A stretch of 64,000 nucleotides of DNA from an uncultured Gemmatimonadales bacterium (GCA_963783305.1 CAWAMW010000002.1:832001-896000); one strand, 5' to 3'. Shown: positions 18,523 through 28,543, counted from the stretch's first letter. Numbers and translations are program-made. Notes: generated by a model from the letters alone, not told the origin.

Positions 18523-18750
18523 TTACCGTGCCCCAGCGAGCCGGTCCCGCACGTCCTCCCATTCGGCGTGCCTTCCCGTCTGCTTCTTTGAGTAGATCAA
18601 CTCCCCGTCCTTCTCCACCTCGAACACGCCGCCGCTGGACTCGATGAGCTCAACGGTGGCGTCGGGGAACGACTCCCTGATCCGTGCCTCCATCCTGGAG
18701 GCTCGAGGCAGGTAGTTTCAGATGCCGCAGTACTCGATCGTGATCTTCAT
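18523..18750 (-). CDS. SelW/SelT/SelH (Rdx) family selenoprotein, 75 aa, Sec at the in-frame TGA 18718-18720
   Basis: AGGAG RBS; MKITIEYCGI-TGA-NYLPRASRMEARIRESFPDATVELIESSGGVFEVEKDGELIYSKKQTGRHAEWEDVRDRLAGAR-TAA; Rdx motifs continue after the TGA. Confidence 0.92.
18676..18717 (-). promoter_or_regulatory. Bacterial SECIS-like hairpin
   Basis: mRNA after UGA: AACUA CCUG CCUCGA GCCUCCA-GGA-UGGAGGC ACGGAU CAGG; G-starting apical loop about 22 nt from the UGA. Confidence 0.75.
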
Positions 18751-19136
18751 GGTCTGCTCCTGTGTCTGTCGGGGTCTTAGGTTGTGTCGCCGGGCCGCCA
18801 CGGGCAAGAGCCGGGGGATCGCCCCCGGCATATTGGTTCCATTCTCCGCAGGGGGATGCGTCGCCGCGGTACGGGCCCCCGCGGGTCGGTGCTCCCATTT
18901 CACGGCGTTCGGAAGACCGGTACATTCCCTGGGTCCCCCCGCGCTCGACCACTGCAAGCCGCTTTCCGGAATGCGCAACCACGGGGCCGGGACCGACGCG
19001 GCCTTCCTGGTGGGTGGTGGTCTGGAAGAGTGAAACGACGGGTCCAGTCGGGGGTAGGGACCACACGACTGTAATCGACTGTAATCACTGGCAGCCATCG
19101 CAACGGCGGTGGCCGAATTCCCTGGGGAAGAGACGC

Positions 19137-19433
19137 ATGGCGGACGAAGCGGCGGTACGGAAGGCGCTCCGGAAGGTGAAGGATCCGGAGCTGAACCTCG
19201 ACCTGGTGGTCCTGGGTCTGATCTACGATGTCAGCGTGACAGGGGACCACGCGCACGTGAGGATGTCCCTGACCACGCCCATGTGCCCGGCGGCCGACCA
19301 GATCGTCACGGACGCCAAGCGGGAGGTGGAGGGGGTGGAGGGGATCGACCACGCCGACATCGAGCTTACCTTCGACCCGCCGTGGAGCCCGGAGCGCATG
19401 GACCCCCTCATCCGCTCCTCTCTCGGCCTGTAG
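19137..19433 (+). CDS. DUF59/SufT-like Fe-S cluster assembly factor
   Basis: VKDPELNLDLVVLGLIY, LTTPMCP, LTFDPPWSPERM. Confidence 0.93.
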   Translation: MADEAAVRKALRKVKDPELNLDLVVLGLIYDVSVTGDHAHVRMSLTTPMCPAADQIVTDAKREVEGVEGIDHADIELTFDPPWSPERMDPLIRSSLGL

Positions 19434-19465
19434 GCCGCCACGAGCGGCACCTCCGTGGAATCCAC

Positions 19466-20308
19466 ATGACGTCAGAGCTGCGCGAGACCGGACCCAGCGG
19501 CGCTGAGGCCCGCGGCACCATCGTCTTCCTGCACGGGTTCCCGTTCGACGGGTCCATGTGGGAGCCCCAGCTGGCGGGCCTTCCCGACGGATGGCGCGGC
19601 ATTGCGCCCGATCTGCGCGGCTTCGGCGCGAACGCGCTGGACGCGCTACCGGGCGAGGTATCCACGGGAAAGAGGATGGGAGGCGGGATCGCCCTTCCCG
19701 CGGAGCCCGTCCTGACCATGGCGCGGCTCGCCGACGACATCGCGGCGGTCATCGACGAACGGGGCGCTGGCCGGGTGGTGGTGTGCGGTCTCTCCATGGG
19801 TGGCTACGTGGCCCTGGAGCTCTGGCGCCGTCACCCCGAGCGCGTCCGAGCCCTCGTCCTCGCCGATACTCGCTCGGAGGCCGATGACGACGAGGGTCGG
19901 GAGAACCGGCTCCGGATGGCCCAGACGGCGCGCTCCGCGGGCGCCCGCCCGATCGCCACCAGCATGCTCCCTTCGCTCCTCTCGGCCGCCACGCGCAGGG
20001 ACAGGCCAGAGGTGGTCATCCGCGTCAACGACATGATGCTCGGCACAGCGCCGGAGACGCTCGTCGCCGCGCTCGCCGGCATGGCGGCACGACACGACAT
20101 GACCGCCGCACTCCCGGACATCTCCGTGCCCACGCTCGTGCTCGTGGGAGCCGAAGACACCATCACACCCCCATCCGGGGCCCGCCGGATGGCCACGGCG
20201 ATCCCGGGGGCGACCCTCCAGGAGATCGACGGCGCCGGCCACCTGTCGAATCTGGAACGTCCCGAGCCGTTCAACCGGTCTCTCATGGAGTTCCTCGGCC
20301 GACTGTAG
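19466..20308 (+). CDS. Alpha/beta hydrolase (PcaD-like)
   Basis: FLHGFP, PDLRGFG, GLSMGG, VGAEDTITP, AGHLSNLE. Confidence 0.92.
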   Translation: MTSELRETGPSGAEARGTIVFLHGFPFDGSMWEPQLAGLPDGWRGIAPDLRGFGANALDALPGEVSTGKRMGGGIALPAEPVLTMARLADDIAAVIDERGAGRVVVCGLSMGGYVALELWRRHPERVRALVLADTRSEADDDEGRENRLRMAQTARSAGARPIATSMLPSLLSAATRRDRPEVVIRVNDMMLGTAPETLVAALAGMAARHDMTAALPDISVPTLVLVGAEDTITPPSGARRMATAIPGATLQEIDGAGHLSNLERPEPFNRSLMEFLGRL

Positions 20309-20339
20309 GCCGAGCCGGCGTCACCGGCCGGCGTTCCCC

Positions 20340-20384
20340 TTGACATTCGACAGGAGGCCATCGCACTATCTCCTGTAGAGTGTC
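20340..20384 (+). promoter_or_regulatory. Promoter with overlapping inverted-repeat operator (probable PadR site)
   Basis: TTGACA at 20340; GACATTCGACAGGAG-N13-CTCCTGTAGAGTGTC (13/15 inverted repeat). Confidence 0.65.
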
Positions 20385-20416
20385 GATGGGAGAGCCGCGG
20401 TACCGATCGGGAGTGG

Positions 20417-20752
20417 ATGATGACGCAGAGCAACTCGGACGTGCTGCAGGGGACCCTGGATCTGCTGATCCTGAAGGCGCTGTCGCTGCAGGCGATGCAC
20501 GGGTGGGGCGTGGCGCAGCGGATCCAGCAGATCTCACGCGACGTGCTGCAGGTAAACCAGGGGTCGCTGTATCCGGCGCTGCATCGTCTGGAGCACAGGG
20601 GCTGGATCGTGGCGGAATGGGGCACGAGCGAGAACAACCGGCGGGCGAAATTCTATCGGCTGACGGATACGGGGCGTGCGCAGCTGGGTGCCGAGGAGGC
20701 GATGTGGCGGCGGTTCTCCAGGGCGGTGGACCTCATCCTGGCGGAGGGCTGA
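20417..20752 (+). CDS. PadR family regulator (acidobacterial type)
   Basis: LQGTLDLLILKAL...HGWG...QGSLYPALHRLE...ENNRRAKFYRLT. Confidence 0.95.
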   Translation: MMTQSNSDVLQGTLDLLILKALSLQAMHGWGVAQRIQQISRDVLQVNQGSLYPALHRLEHRGWIVAEWGTSENNRRAKFYRLTDTGRAQLGAEEAMWRRFSRAVDLILAEG

Positions 20753-20753
20753 G

Positions 20754-23456
20754 GTGAGCGCGGTGGGGGATCGGATCCGGGGCTTGGTAGTGCGGCTGCG
20801 TCGTCTGCTCGCGTTCGACCGGGCGGAGCGGGACCTGGAGGAAGAGCTTCGGCATCATCTCGATCTGGAGACGCGGGCGGGGGTGGAGCGTGGGTTGAGC
20901 CCGAAGGCGGCGCTGCGGGAGGCCCGGCTGAGGTTCGGCGGAGTGGAGCGGTACCGGGAGGAAGCGCGGGACGTGCGGCGGCTCGGCTGGTGGGATCGGC
21001 TGAGGCAGGACGCCCGGCTTTCCTGGCGAATCCTGGCGTCGAACCCCGGTTTCAGCGCTGCGGCGATCGTTACGCTGGGGCTCGGGATCGGCGCGAACAC
21101 GGCGATCTTCAGCGTGGTGGACGCCGTGCTGCTGAGCGAGTCCCCGTTCGCGGATCCCGACCAGCTGATCATGGTGTGGGAGACGGACCGGGGCAGCGAC
21201 AACGCCCACGAGCCGGCGAGCTGGCCCGACGTGGCGGATTTTCGGGAGCGCTCGCGTACGCTGTCGGCCATCGGCGCTGTGGTGGGGCAGGACTACACGC
21301 TGTCGTCGGGAGCGGGCGACCCCGAGCGCGTGGCTGGTGTGGCGGTGACGCCGAACGTCCCGGTGCTACTGGGCGTTCGCCCGATCGTGGGGCGAATCTT
21401 CACGCCCGGGGAGGGCCGTGCAAACGATGCTGCCGTAGTTCTGCTGGGCGAGGAGTTCTGGCGGGAGCGCTATGGCGGCGATCCCGGGGTAGTGGGCGCG
21501 ACGCTCGTGATCGAGGAGGAGCCGGCCACGGTGGTGGGTGTACTGCCGGCGGGGGCGGACCTGGGAATTCGGCAGATCCATGATCGTGCGGATTACGCGC
21601 CGTCGTTCAGCGGCGCGGACATCCAGGTGTGGGCGGCGTTTCAGCCTGCAGCGGAGGATTTCCCGAGGCAGACGCACCCGTTCCTGACGCTGGGTCGGCT
21701 GGCGCCGGGCGCTTCGCTGGCGGCCGCGCAGAGGGAGCTGTCCGGTATCGCGGCGGAGCTGGAGTCGATGTATTCGGAGAACGCGGGTCGTGGAGCGAAC
21801 CTCGAGCCGTACACCGAAGTGGTGTTCGGGGGCGTGCGGCGGGCGCTGTGGGTGCTGCTGGGCGCTGTTGGCCTGGTGCTCCTGATCACGTGCGCGAACG
21901 TGGCCAACCTGCTTCTGGCGCGCACCGCGAGTCGCAGGCGGGAGGTAGCCGTCCGCCAGGCGCTGGGCGCGCCGGCGTCGCGGATCCGGAGCCAGTTCCT
22001 GGTGGAGGCGCTGGTGCTGACCGGGCTGGGCGCCGCGGCTGGGGTGGCGGTGGCGTTTGCGGGACTCGCGCTGCTGCTGGCGCTCGCACCGGCGGACATC
22101 CCGCGGCTCGGCCAGGCCACGGTGGACGGCCGCGTGCTTCTCTACACAATGGCGGTGTCCACCCTGGTGGCGGTGGCGTTCGGGGTCCTGCCCGCCCTGC
22201 AGACGGGCCGGCTGGAGGTGCAGGAGGCGCTGAGAGCGCAGGCAGGGCGGCGGAGCTCCGAGGGGCGCGCCTCCCGCCGGTTCCGCGGGGCGCTGGTGGT
22301 GGCGGAAGTGGCCCTGACGGTGATGCTCGTCATCGGCGCCGGGCTGATGCTGCGCAGCGTCTGGGAGATGCGGCGGGTGGAGCCCGGGTTCGATGCAGCC
22401 CGCGTGGTCAAAGCGCAGTACCAGCTTCCCGACACCCGTTATCCGAGGGATTTCTCGCGGTGGCCCGACATCCCGGAAATCAATGATTTCCACGCCCGGT
22501 TCCTGGAAGCGGTGCGGAGCGTACCCGGAGTGGAGGCCGCGGCCATCGCCGGCGGCCACCCGCTCGATCCGGGGTTCACGAACTCGTTCACGATCCTCGG
22601 GCGGGAGTCGGAGTCGGCGGACTACCCCGAGATCCGGACACGTTTCCTTTCCCCGGGCTACCTGGAGACGCTGGGTGTCGATCTCGTGGCCGGCCGGGAC
22701 ATCAGGGCGAGCGACGACGTCCACTCGCCACCGGTGGTAGTGATCAACCGCGCCGCGGCCGCCCGCTACTTCCCAAAGGGCGACCCTCTCGGTCAGTCGA
22801 TCCGGTTCTGGGGCACCGACCGGCAGATCGTGGGGGTGATCGGCGACGAGCGGTTCCAGGGCGTGGACCGACCCGCGGAGCCAGCGGCGTACGCGCCACT
22901 TCTCCAGAACCCGCAGCAGAGCGCGACGCTCCTGGTCCGTAGCGAGGGTGATCCGCTGGCGGTGGTGCCGGAGATCCGGCGGAGCTTCCGTAAGCTCGAT
23001 CCTCAGCTGGCGCTGTTCGACGTGGAGCCACTGGCCACCACGCTCTCCGAGAGCATGTCGCGGCCCCGCTTCCTCGCCACCCTTCTGACTCTCTTCGCCG
23101 GACTCTCCATCCTGCTTGCGCTGGTCGGCGTCCACGGTGTGCTCAGCTACACCGTGGCCCGTCGCGCGCCCGAGGTGGGGATCCGGATGGCGATGGGCGC
23201 GACTCGCGCCCGTGTCATGGGCGCGGTGATGGGGGAGGGGCTCGCGCTGGCCGCCCTCGGAGTCGTGGTGGGCATGATGGCGGCGCTCGCCGGGTCCCAC
23301 CTCCTCGGCAGCCTCGTGTTCGGCGTCACCACCACCGACCCGGCTACGTTCGTGGCCGTTCCGGCGCTGGTGCTGGCGACGGCGGCCGCGGCCAGCGCGC
23401 GGCCAGCCTGGCGGGCCGCGCGGGGTGACCCCCTCAGTGCGCTTCGGGCGGACTGA
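20754..23456 (+). CDS. Duplicated MacB/FtsX-type ABC permease (ADOP family)
   Basis: EELRHHL, LGLGIGANTAIFSVV, CANVANLLLAR, RRREVAVRQALGA, EVGIRMAMGA; follows PadR with no ATPase gene. Confidence 0.93.
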   Translation: MSAVGDRIRGLVVRLRRLLAFDRAERDLEEELRHHLDLETRAGVERGLSPKAALREARLRFGGVERYREEARDVRRLGWWDRLRQDARLSWRILASNPGFSAAAIVTLGLGIGANTAIFSVVDAVLLSESPFADPDQLIMVWETDRGSDNAHEPASWPDVADFRERSRTLSAIGAVVGQDYTLSSGAGDPERVAGVAVTPNVPVLLGVRPIVGRIFTPGEGRANDAAVVLLGEEFWRERYGGDPGVVGATLVIEEEPATVVGVLPAGADLGIRQIHDRADYAPSFSGADIQVWAAFQPAAEDFPRQTHPFLTLGRLAPGASLAAAQRELSGIAAELESMYSENAGRGANLEPYTEVVFGGVRRALWVLLGAVGLVLLITCANVANLLLARTASRRREVAVRQALGAPASRIRSQFLVEALVLTGLGAAAGVAVAFAGLALLLALAPADIPRLGQATVDGRVLLYTMAVSTLVAVAFGVLPALQTGRLEVQEALRAQAGRRSSEGRASRRFRGALVVAEVALTVMLVIGAGLMLRSVWEMRRVEPGFDAARVVKAQYQLPDTRYPRDFSRWPDIPEINDFHARFLEAVRSVPGVEAAAIAGGHPLDPGFTNSFTILGRESESADYPEIRTRFLSPGYLETLGVDLVAGRDIRASDDVHSPPVVVINRAAAARYFPKGDPLGQSIRFWGTDRQIVGVIGDERFQGVDRPAEPAAYAPLLQNPQQSATLLVRSEGDPLAVVPEIRRSFRKLDPQLALFDVEPLATTLSESMSRPRFLATLLTLFAGLSILLALVGVHGVLSYTVARRAPEVGIRMAMGATRARVMGAVMGEGLALAALGVVVGMMAALAGSHLLGSLVFGVTTTDPATFVAVPALVLATAAAASARPAWRAARGDPLSALRAD

Positions 23457-23470
23457 GCGGCGACCCGGCG

Positions 23471-26008
23471 CTATTGCTGGTCGTCATCCGGCTCGGCGGC
23501 GGCGATCAGCTCCATCTGTTCCTCGTGCTGCCCCGATTCCCCGGCAGAGGGCTCTCCTTCCGCCTGCTTTTCCGACCCGCGCTCGGATGCCACCCGGCTG
23601 ACCTCCACCACGCGGTCTCCCACGGCCATGCTGATGAGCTGCTTGCCCTGTGTGGCCCTGCCCTGGATGGGGATCTTCGCGGCGGCCAGCCGGGCGCCCT
23701 TGCCGGCGGCGGTGGTGACCATGAGCTCGTCGCCCTCGAGTACTTCCTTCGCGCTCACCAGCGGCCCCGTCCGCTCGCTGACGCTGAGCGCGGCCGTCCC
23801 CTGCCCGCCGCGTCCCTGGACGCGGAAGTCGGCGATGGGGGTGCGCTTGGCGAACCCGTTGGCGGTGACGCAGGCGAGGGTGGCCTCGCGGCGAACGACG
23901 ACCATCCCGACCACCGCGTCATCGTCCTTGAGCCGAACGCCGATGACGCCCTGGGCGGTGCGGCCGACCTGCGGCACGTCCGTTTCCGGGAACCGTATGG
24001 CGCGGCCCTGTGCGGTGACCAGGACGACGTCGTTGACGCCATCGCTCATGCGGACGTCGAGGAGCTCGTCCTCGTCCTTGAGGTTGATGGCGATGATGCC
24101 ACCCGCCCGGATGTTGGCAAACTCGCTCAGCTGTGTGCGCTTCACGATCCCGCCGCGGGTGAGGAAGACCAGGTCCACGTCCTCCTCGTACTCGGTGATG
24201 GGCAGCAGAGCGGCCACGGCGATGCCGGCGTCGAAGCCCAGCAGCTGGTTCAGCGCGCGGCCGCGGCTGGCTCGGCTGCTCTCCGGGATGTCGAGGACGC
24301 CGATCTCGTACGAGTGGCCATCGCCGGTGATGATGAGCAGCACGTCGTGCGTGCTGGCGATGAACACGTGCTCGAGGAAGTCCTCCTCGTACTTCTCCAT
24401 CCCCGCCAGTGCCTTCCCGCTGGTGACGCGTCGACGGTAGAGCGATACGGGCATCCGCTTGATGTAGCCCTGGTGGCTGACGGTGATGACCACATCCTCC
24501 TGGGCGATCATGTCCTCCATCTTGAACTCGGCGTCGCCCGTGACGATGGTCGTGCGGCGGCCGTCACCGTACTTCTCCACCATCTCGTCCAGCTCGGAGA
24601 GGAAGAGCGCCTCCTGGCGCTCGGGCGAGTCGAGGAGGTCGAACAGGTCCTTGATCTGCGCCTTCAGCTCTTTCAGCCGGGCCTTCAGCTCCTTCGTCTC
24701 GAGCTCGGTGAGGCGGTGGAGCCGCATGTTCAGGATAGCGTCGGCCTGAATGCTGGACAGGTCGAAGGCGGCCTGGAGCTTGTCGCTCGCCTCCTCCTTG
24801 CCTCTCGACTCGCGGATGATCCGGATCACCTCGTCGATGTTGTCGAGGGCGGTGATCAGCCCTTCGGTGACGTGCGCCTCGGCCTTGGCCTGCTCCAGGT
24901 CGTGGGCGGCGCGCCGCTGGATGACCTCGACCCGGTGGTCGCGGTACTTCTCCAGCATCTGCCGCAGCGTCATCTCGCGGGGCACGCCGTGGTCCAGCGC
25001 GATCATGATGGCGCCGAATGTGGCCTGCATGTACGTCTTCTTGTAGAGCTTGTTGAGCACCGGCTGGACCTTGGCGCCGCGCTTCAGCTCGATGACGATC
25101 CGCATCCCGTCCCGGTCGCTCTCGTCCCGGAGGTCGCTGATGTCGTCGACCGTCTTTTTCCGCACCAGGTCGGCGACCTGCTCGATCACCTTCGACTTGT
25201 TCACCCCGTACGGCAGCTCCGTGACGACGAGCTGCTCCTTCCCGCCCCGTTTCGCCTCCCGCTGCACCCGCGCCCGCATGGTCATCCGGCCCCGGCCGGT
25301 CTCGTACGCCTCCCGGATCCCGTCGGTGCCGATGATGAACCCGCCTGTGGGGAAGTCGGGGCCGGGGATGACGGCCAGGAGATCGTCGACGGTGCAATCG
25401 GGCGTGTCCGTAATGAGGTGGAGTCCCGCGGCGATCTCGCGCAGGTTGTGGGGCGGGATGTTGGTGGCCATCCCCACGGCGATCCCGGACGATCCGTTGA
25501 TGAGCAGGTTCGGCAGCTTCGACGGCAGGACCCGCGGCTCCTGCCGCTGGTTGTCGAAGGTGTCAGTGAAGTCGACGGTCTCCTTGTCGAGGTCCGCCAG
25601 CAGGTCGGTGGCGATGGCCTCCAGCCGCGCCTCCGTGTACCGGTAGGCGGCGGCGTTGTCCCCATCGATGCTGCCGAAGTTCCCCTGCCCGTCCACCAGC
25701 GGGTAGCGCAGGCTGAACGGCTGGACCATCCGGACCATGGCGTCGTAGACCGCGGAGTCGCCGTGCGGGTGGTATTTACCCAGCACCTCACCCACCACGT
25801 TCGCGCTCTTCTTGTACGGCCGCGTCGGTCCGAGACCGATGTCGCTCATGGCGTACAGGATCCGGCGGTGCACCGGCTTCAGGCCGTCCCGCACATCGGG
25901 CAGCGCCCGCTGCACGATCACGCTCATGGAATAGTCCAGGAAGGAGTCCCGCATCTCCTCTTCGATCAGACGCGGGAGCACGCGTTCGCGGCGTTGGGGC
26001 ATCACCAT
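23471..26008 (-). CDS. Type IIA topoisomerase A subunit (GyrA-like, no GyrA-box; probably ParC-equivalent)
   Basis: [50 protein letters not shown]-terminal pinwheel blades. Confidence 0.93.
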   Translation of the reverse strand: MVMPQRRERVLPRLIEEEMRDSFLDYSMSVIVQRALPDVRDGLKPVHRRILYAMSDIGLGPTRPYKKSANVVGEVLGKYHPHGDSAVYDAMVRMVQPFSLRYPLVDGQGNFGSIDGDNAAAYRYTEARLEAIATDLLADLDKETVDFTDTFDNQRQEPRVLPSKLPNLLINGSSGIAVGMATNIPPHNLREIAAGLHLITDTPDCTVDDLLAVIPGPDFPTGGFIIGTDGIREAYETGRGRMTMRARVQREAKRGGKEQLVVTELPYGVNKSKVIEQVADLVRKKTVDDISDLRDESDRDGMRIVIELKRGAKVQPVLNKLYKKTYMQATFGAIMIALDHGVPREMTLRQMLEKYRDHRVEVIQRRAAHDLEQAKAEAHVTEGLITALDNIDEVIRIIRESRGKEEASDKLQAAFDLSSIQADAILNMRLHRLTELETKELKARLKELKAQIKDLFDLLDSPERQEALFLSELDEMVEKYGDGRRTTIVTGDAEFKMEDMIAQEDVVITVSHQGYIKRMPVSLYRRRVTSGKALAGMEKYEEDFLEHVFIASTHDVLLIITGDGHSYEIGVLDIPESSRASRGRALNQLLGFDAGIAVAALLPITEYEEDVDLVFLTRGGIVKRTQLSEFANIRAGGIIAINLKDEDELLDVRMSDGVNDVVLVTAQGRAIRFPETDVPQVGRTAQGVIGVRLKDDDAVVGMVVVRREATLACVTANGFAKRTPIADFRVQGRGGQGTAALSVSERTGPLVSAKEVLEGDELMVTTAAGKGARLAAAKIPIQGRATQGKQLISMAVGDRVVEVSRVASERGSEKQAEGEPSAGESGQHEEQMELIAAAEPDDDQQ

Positions 26009-26134
26009 GCTGCTTCAGGCCTCCGGCAAAACGGATGGGTCAGGGTGTCCTGCCCCCAATGTGAGGGAGCGGTGCATCCGCGTCTACCCGGCCGGGGCCG
26101 GCGCGGGATCCAGCAGGACGCGGGGTGCCCGGGG

Positions 26135-28543
26135 TCAGTCCGCGGGCATCGCAGCGCGCACTGCGAGCAGCAGTTGCTGCGTGGTGAACGGCTTCTCGAG
26201 GAACATTGCACCGCGCCCCGCCACCCCGTGACGGATCACCTCATCATCGGTGTACCCGCTGGTGAAGAGTGTGGGGATGTGGATGTCGCTCTGGTGGAGC
26301 GCCTCGGCGAGCTCGGGGCCGCTCATCTCGGGCATCACCACGTCCGTGAGCAGCAGGTCGATGGACTCGCGGCGGGCGTGGGCGATTTCGAGCGCGGCGG
26401 TCGGCGTGGCGGCTTCGAGCACGGAATAGTCGTTCTTCTCGAGCACGCGGCGGGCGAGCCGACGAACGGCCGCCTCGTCCTCGACCAGGAGGATTACGCG
26501 TCCGTCCGGCTCCTTCCCCACCGGAGCGGCTGGTTCGGCGTCGGCGATGACCGCCGTGTCCTCGGTCAGCGGTTCGTCCACGGCCGGGAAGAAGATATCG
26601 AAACGGCTGCCCTCCCCCACCGTGCTGTCCGCCCGAACGTGGCCGTCGGACTGCCTCACGATCCCGTACAGCGTGGCGAGCCCGAGCCCCGTCCCCTTGC
26701 CCTGCTCCTTTGTGGTGTAGAAGGGCTCGAAGATGTGGCCGATCACGTCGCTGCCCATCCCGTGCCCGGTGTCGTGGACTGTGAGCCGGACGTAGTCGCC
26801 CGCCGCCATGGCGTCTCCGTAGGGGTCCTCGCCGGTCGTGTGGACCGGGTGGTCGGCGAGCTCGAGGGAGAGCGTGCCGCCCTGTGGCATGGCGTCGCGC
26901 GCGTTCACGACGAGGTTCATGAGGACCTGCTCGAACTGCGCGGGATCCACCCTGACCGGAGCGGTGGCGCTCTGGAGCTCGACGCGGAGATCGATCTGCT
27001 CGCCGATCAGCCGACGAATCATGGGCAGCATGCCGGATACGATCACGCCGGGGCTCACCACCACCGGCTTCAGCACCTGCTGGCGGCTGAACGCCAGGAG
27101 CTGGCGCGTGAGTGACGCGGCTCGATCAGCGCTCCGTACGACCTCCGCCATGTCCTCGCGTCCCGGAATGTCTCCCGGCAGGTCCGCCAGAGCCAGCTCC
27201 GCGTGACCGCGTAGCGCGGTCAGAACATTGTTGAAGTCGTGCGCGATCCCGCCCGCCAGCCTGCCGACCACCTCCATCCGATCCGCGTGGCGGACCCGCT
27301 CCTGGAGGCCCCTGTGCTCCGTCACGTCGCGCGCGTTGCACACGATCCCGCCCACGGCAGGGTCACCGATACGGTTGGTGGCGATGATCTCCAGCGTGCG
27401 CCAGCCGCCCTCCTTCGTTCGGCAGCGCACCTCGAGCTCCGCGGTCTCGTTGCCGCCCGCCATCTCCTCCAGCATCGCCGCCGCGCTCGTCAGGTCGTCC
27501 GGGTGCACCAGATCGCCGTAGCCCATGCCGGTCAGCTCGTCCGCCGTCCAGCCGAGGATACGCTCCACCGAGGGGTTCTGGTACCGAATCACTCCATGGG
27601 GGTCCACGATCGAGACCGTGTCGGCCGCGTTCTCCAGGAGCGATCGCAGGCGTCCCTCTCGCTCCCGCAGCTGGTTCCGCGACGTCTCCAGCTCGTTGCT
27701 GAGTGCCTGAAGGTGGCGGGCCCGGTTGGATGCCGCCCTGCGCCACGCCAGCAGGCCGAGGATCAGGAGCGCGAGCGCGGCGATCCCGATGTATCGGTAG
27801 GGCGGGACGGGGGCGAACCGGATGTCGTCGATGGTGCGCGGGTAGAGGTAGTACCCATCCGTGGGCGGATTGCTGCTGGAGATCTGGCCCAGGACTCCCA
27901 CCACCTCCACCGTCCGCCCGGCCGCCAGCTGCTCCACCAGCTCGGGGTCCGTGAGCCAGCTCGGCGGGATGAGAACGGCGATGACGCCGGTCTCATCCTC
28001 CAGTTCGGCCTGAGCCCACACCTCCGCGTCCGCCCGGGCCCGGAGCACGCCCGTCAGCCGCACCAGCTGCGATCCCTGCTGCCGCTCCTGCCGCGCCTCG
28101 GCGACCGAAAGATCCAGAGGCTCCGGCGCTCCTGCGGTCCCCAGCAGAGCGATCTCCGCCACCGCGATGAACTCGGCCCCACGGTACTGGCCGATGACGC
28201 CGCGCACCCGGAGACTGTCGCCCGTCCGGAGGGCGAGGAGCGTGGGCGCCTCCGTGCTGTAGACGGCGACGGCCCCGCTCCGATCCTGGAGATAGGTGAC
28301 CGCTCCGCCATCGCCGAACGCTACCGGCGGGACCGTCACCACACCGTCCACCACGACCGTGTCTCCCAGCCGGTCGGGGGCCCAGTCGCCGTCGGCATCC
28401 CGGATCACATCGAACAGCGCTGCCGGGGCGGGGACCCTCCCCTGATCGGGATCAGGCGACTGGGCGGGGGCGGGCGCGAATGCGGCGGCGAGCATGAGGA
28501 GGCAGCCGGTGAGATGCCGCGGTCCAAGGGAGATTCTGCGCAT
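26135..28543 (-). CDS. Hybrid sensor kinase: signal peptide, two OB-fold-like domains, TM, PAS, HisKA/HATPase, receiver
   Basis: GIAHDFNNVL, NLVVNARDAM, DTGHGM, FEPFYTTK, GTGLGL, LLVEDE, TDVVMP, KPF. Confidence 0.93.
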   Translation of the reverse strand: MRRISLGPRHLTGCLLMLAAAFAPAPAQSPDPDQGRVPAPAALFDVIRDADGDWAPDRLGDTVVVDGVVTVPPVAFGDGGAVTYLQDRSGAVAVYSTEAPTLLALRTGDSLRVRGVIGQYRGAEFIAVAEIALLGTAGAPEPLDLSVAEARQERQQGSQLVRLTGVLRARADAEVWAQAELEDETGVIAVLIPPSWLTDPELVEQLAAGRTVEVVGVLGQISSSNPPTDGYYLYPRTIDDIRFAPVPPYRYIGIAALALLILGLLAWRRAASNRARHLQALSNELETSRNQLREREGRLRSLLENAADTVSIVDPHGVIRYQNPSVERILGWTADELTGMGYGDLVHPDDLTSAAAMLEEMAGGNETAELEVRCRTKEGGWRTLEIIATNRIGDPAVGGIVCNARDVTEHRGLQERVRHADRMEVVGRLAGGIAHDFNNVLTALRGHAELALADLPGDIPGREDMAEVVRSADRAASLTRQLLAFSRQQVLKPVVVSPGVIVSGMLPMIRRLIGEQIDLRVELQSATAPVRVDPAQFEQVLMNLVVNARDAMPQGGTLSLELADHPVHTTGEDPYGDAMAAGDYVRLTVHDTGHGMGSDVIGHIFEPFYTTKEQGKGTGLGLATLYGIVRQSDGHVRADSTVGEGSRFDIFFPAVDEPLTEDTAVIADAEPAAPVGKEPDGRVILLVEDEAAVRRLARRVLEKNDYSVLEAATPTAALEIAHARRESIDLLLTDVVMPEMSGPELAEALHQSDIHIPTLFTSGYTDDEVIRHGVAGRGAMFLEKPFTTQQLLLAVRAAMPAD

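Noticed and set aside
18718..19098. 126-aa ORF ending MKITIEYCGI*
   Set aside because: The upstream part does not look protein-like. The real start is ATG 18750 with an RBS, and the TGA is best read as Sec.
18751..19136. Possible tRNA-Sec or riboswitch next to the selenoprotein gene
   Set aside because: No UCA anticodon arm, T-loop or recognisable aptamer core on either strand; only short GC hairpins.
23474..27115. 1213-aa plus-strand ORF, and similar long ORFs at 3513-5987, 40569-43022, 48788-51229, 50740-52548, 32673-35324 and 58910-60616
   Set aside because: Antisense or off-frame shadows of well-supported genes; expected at this GC content and without recognisable motifs.
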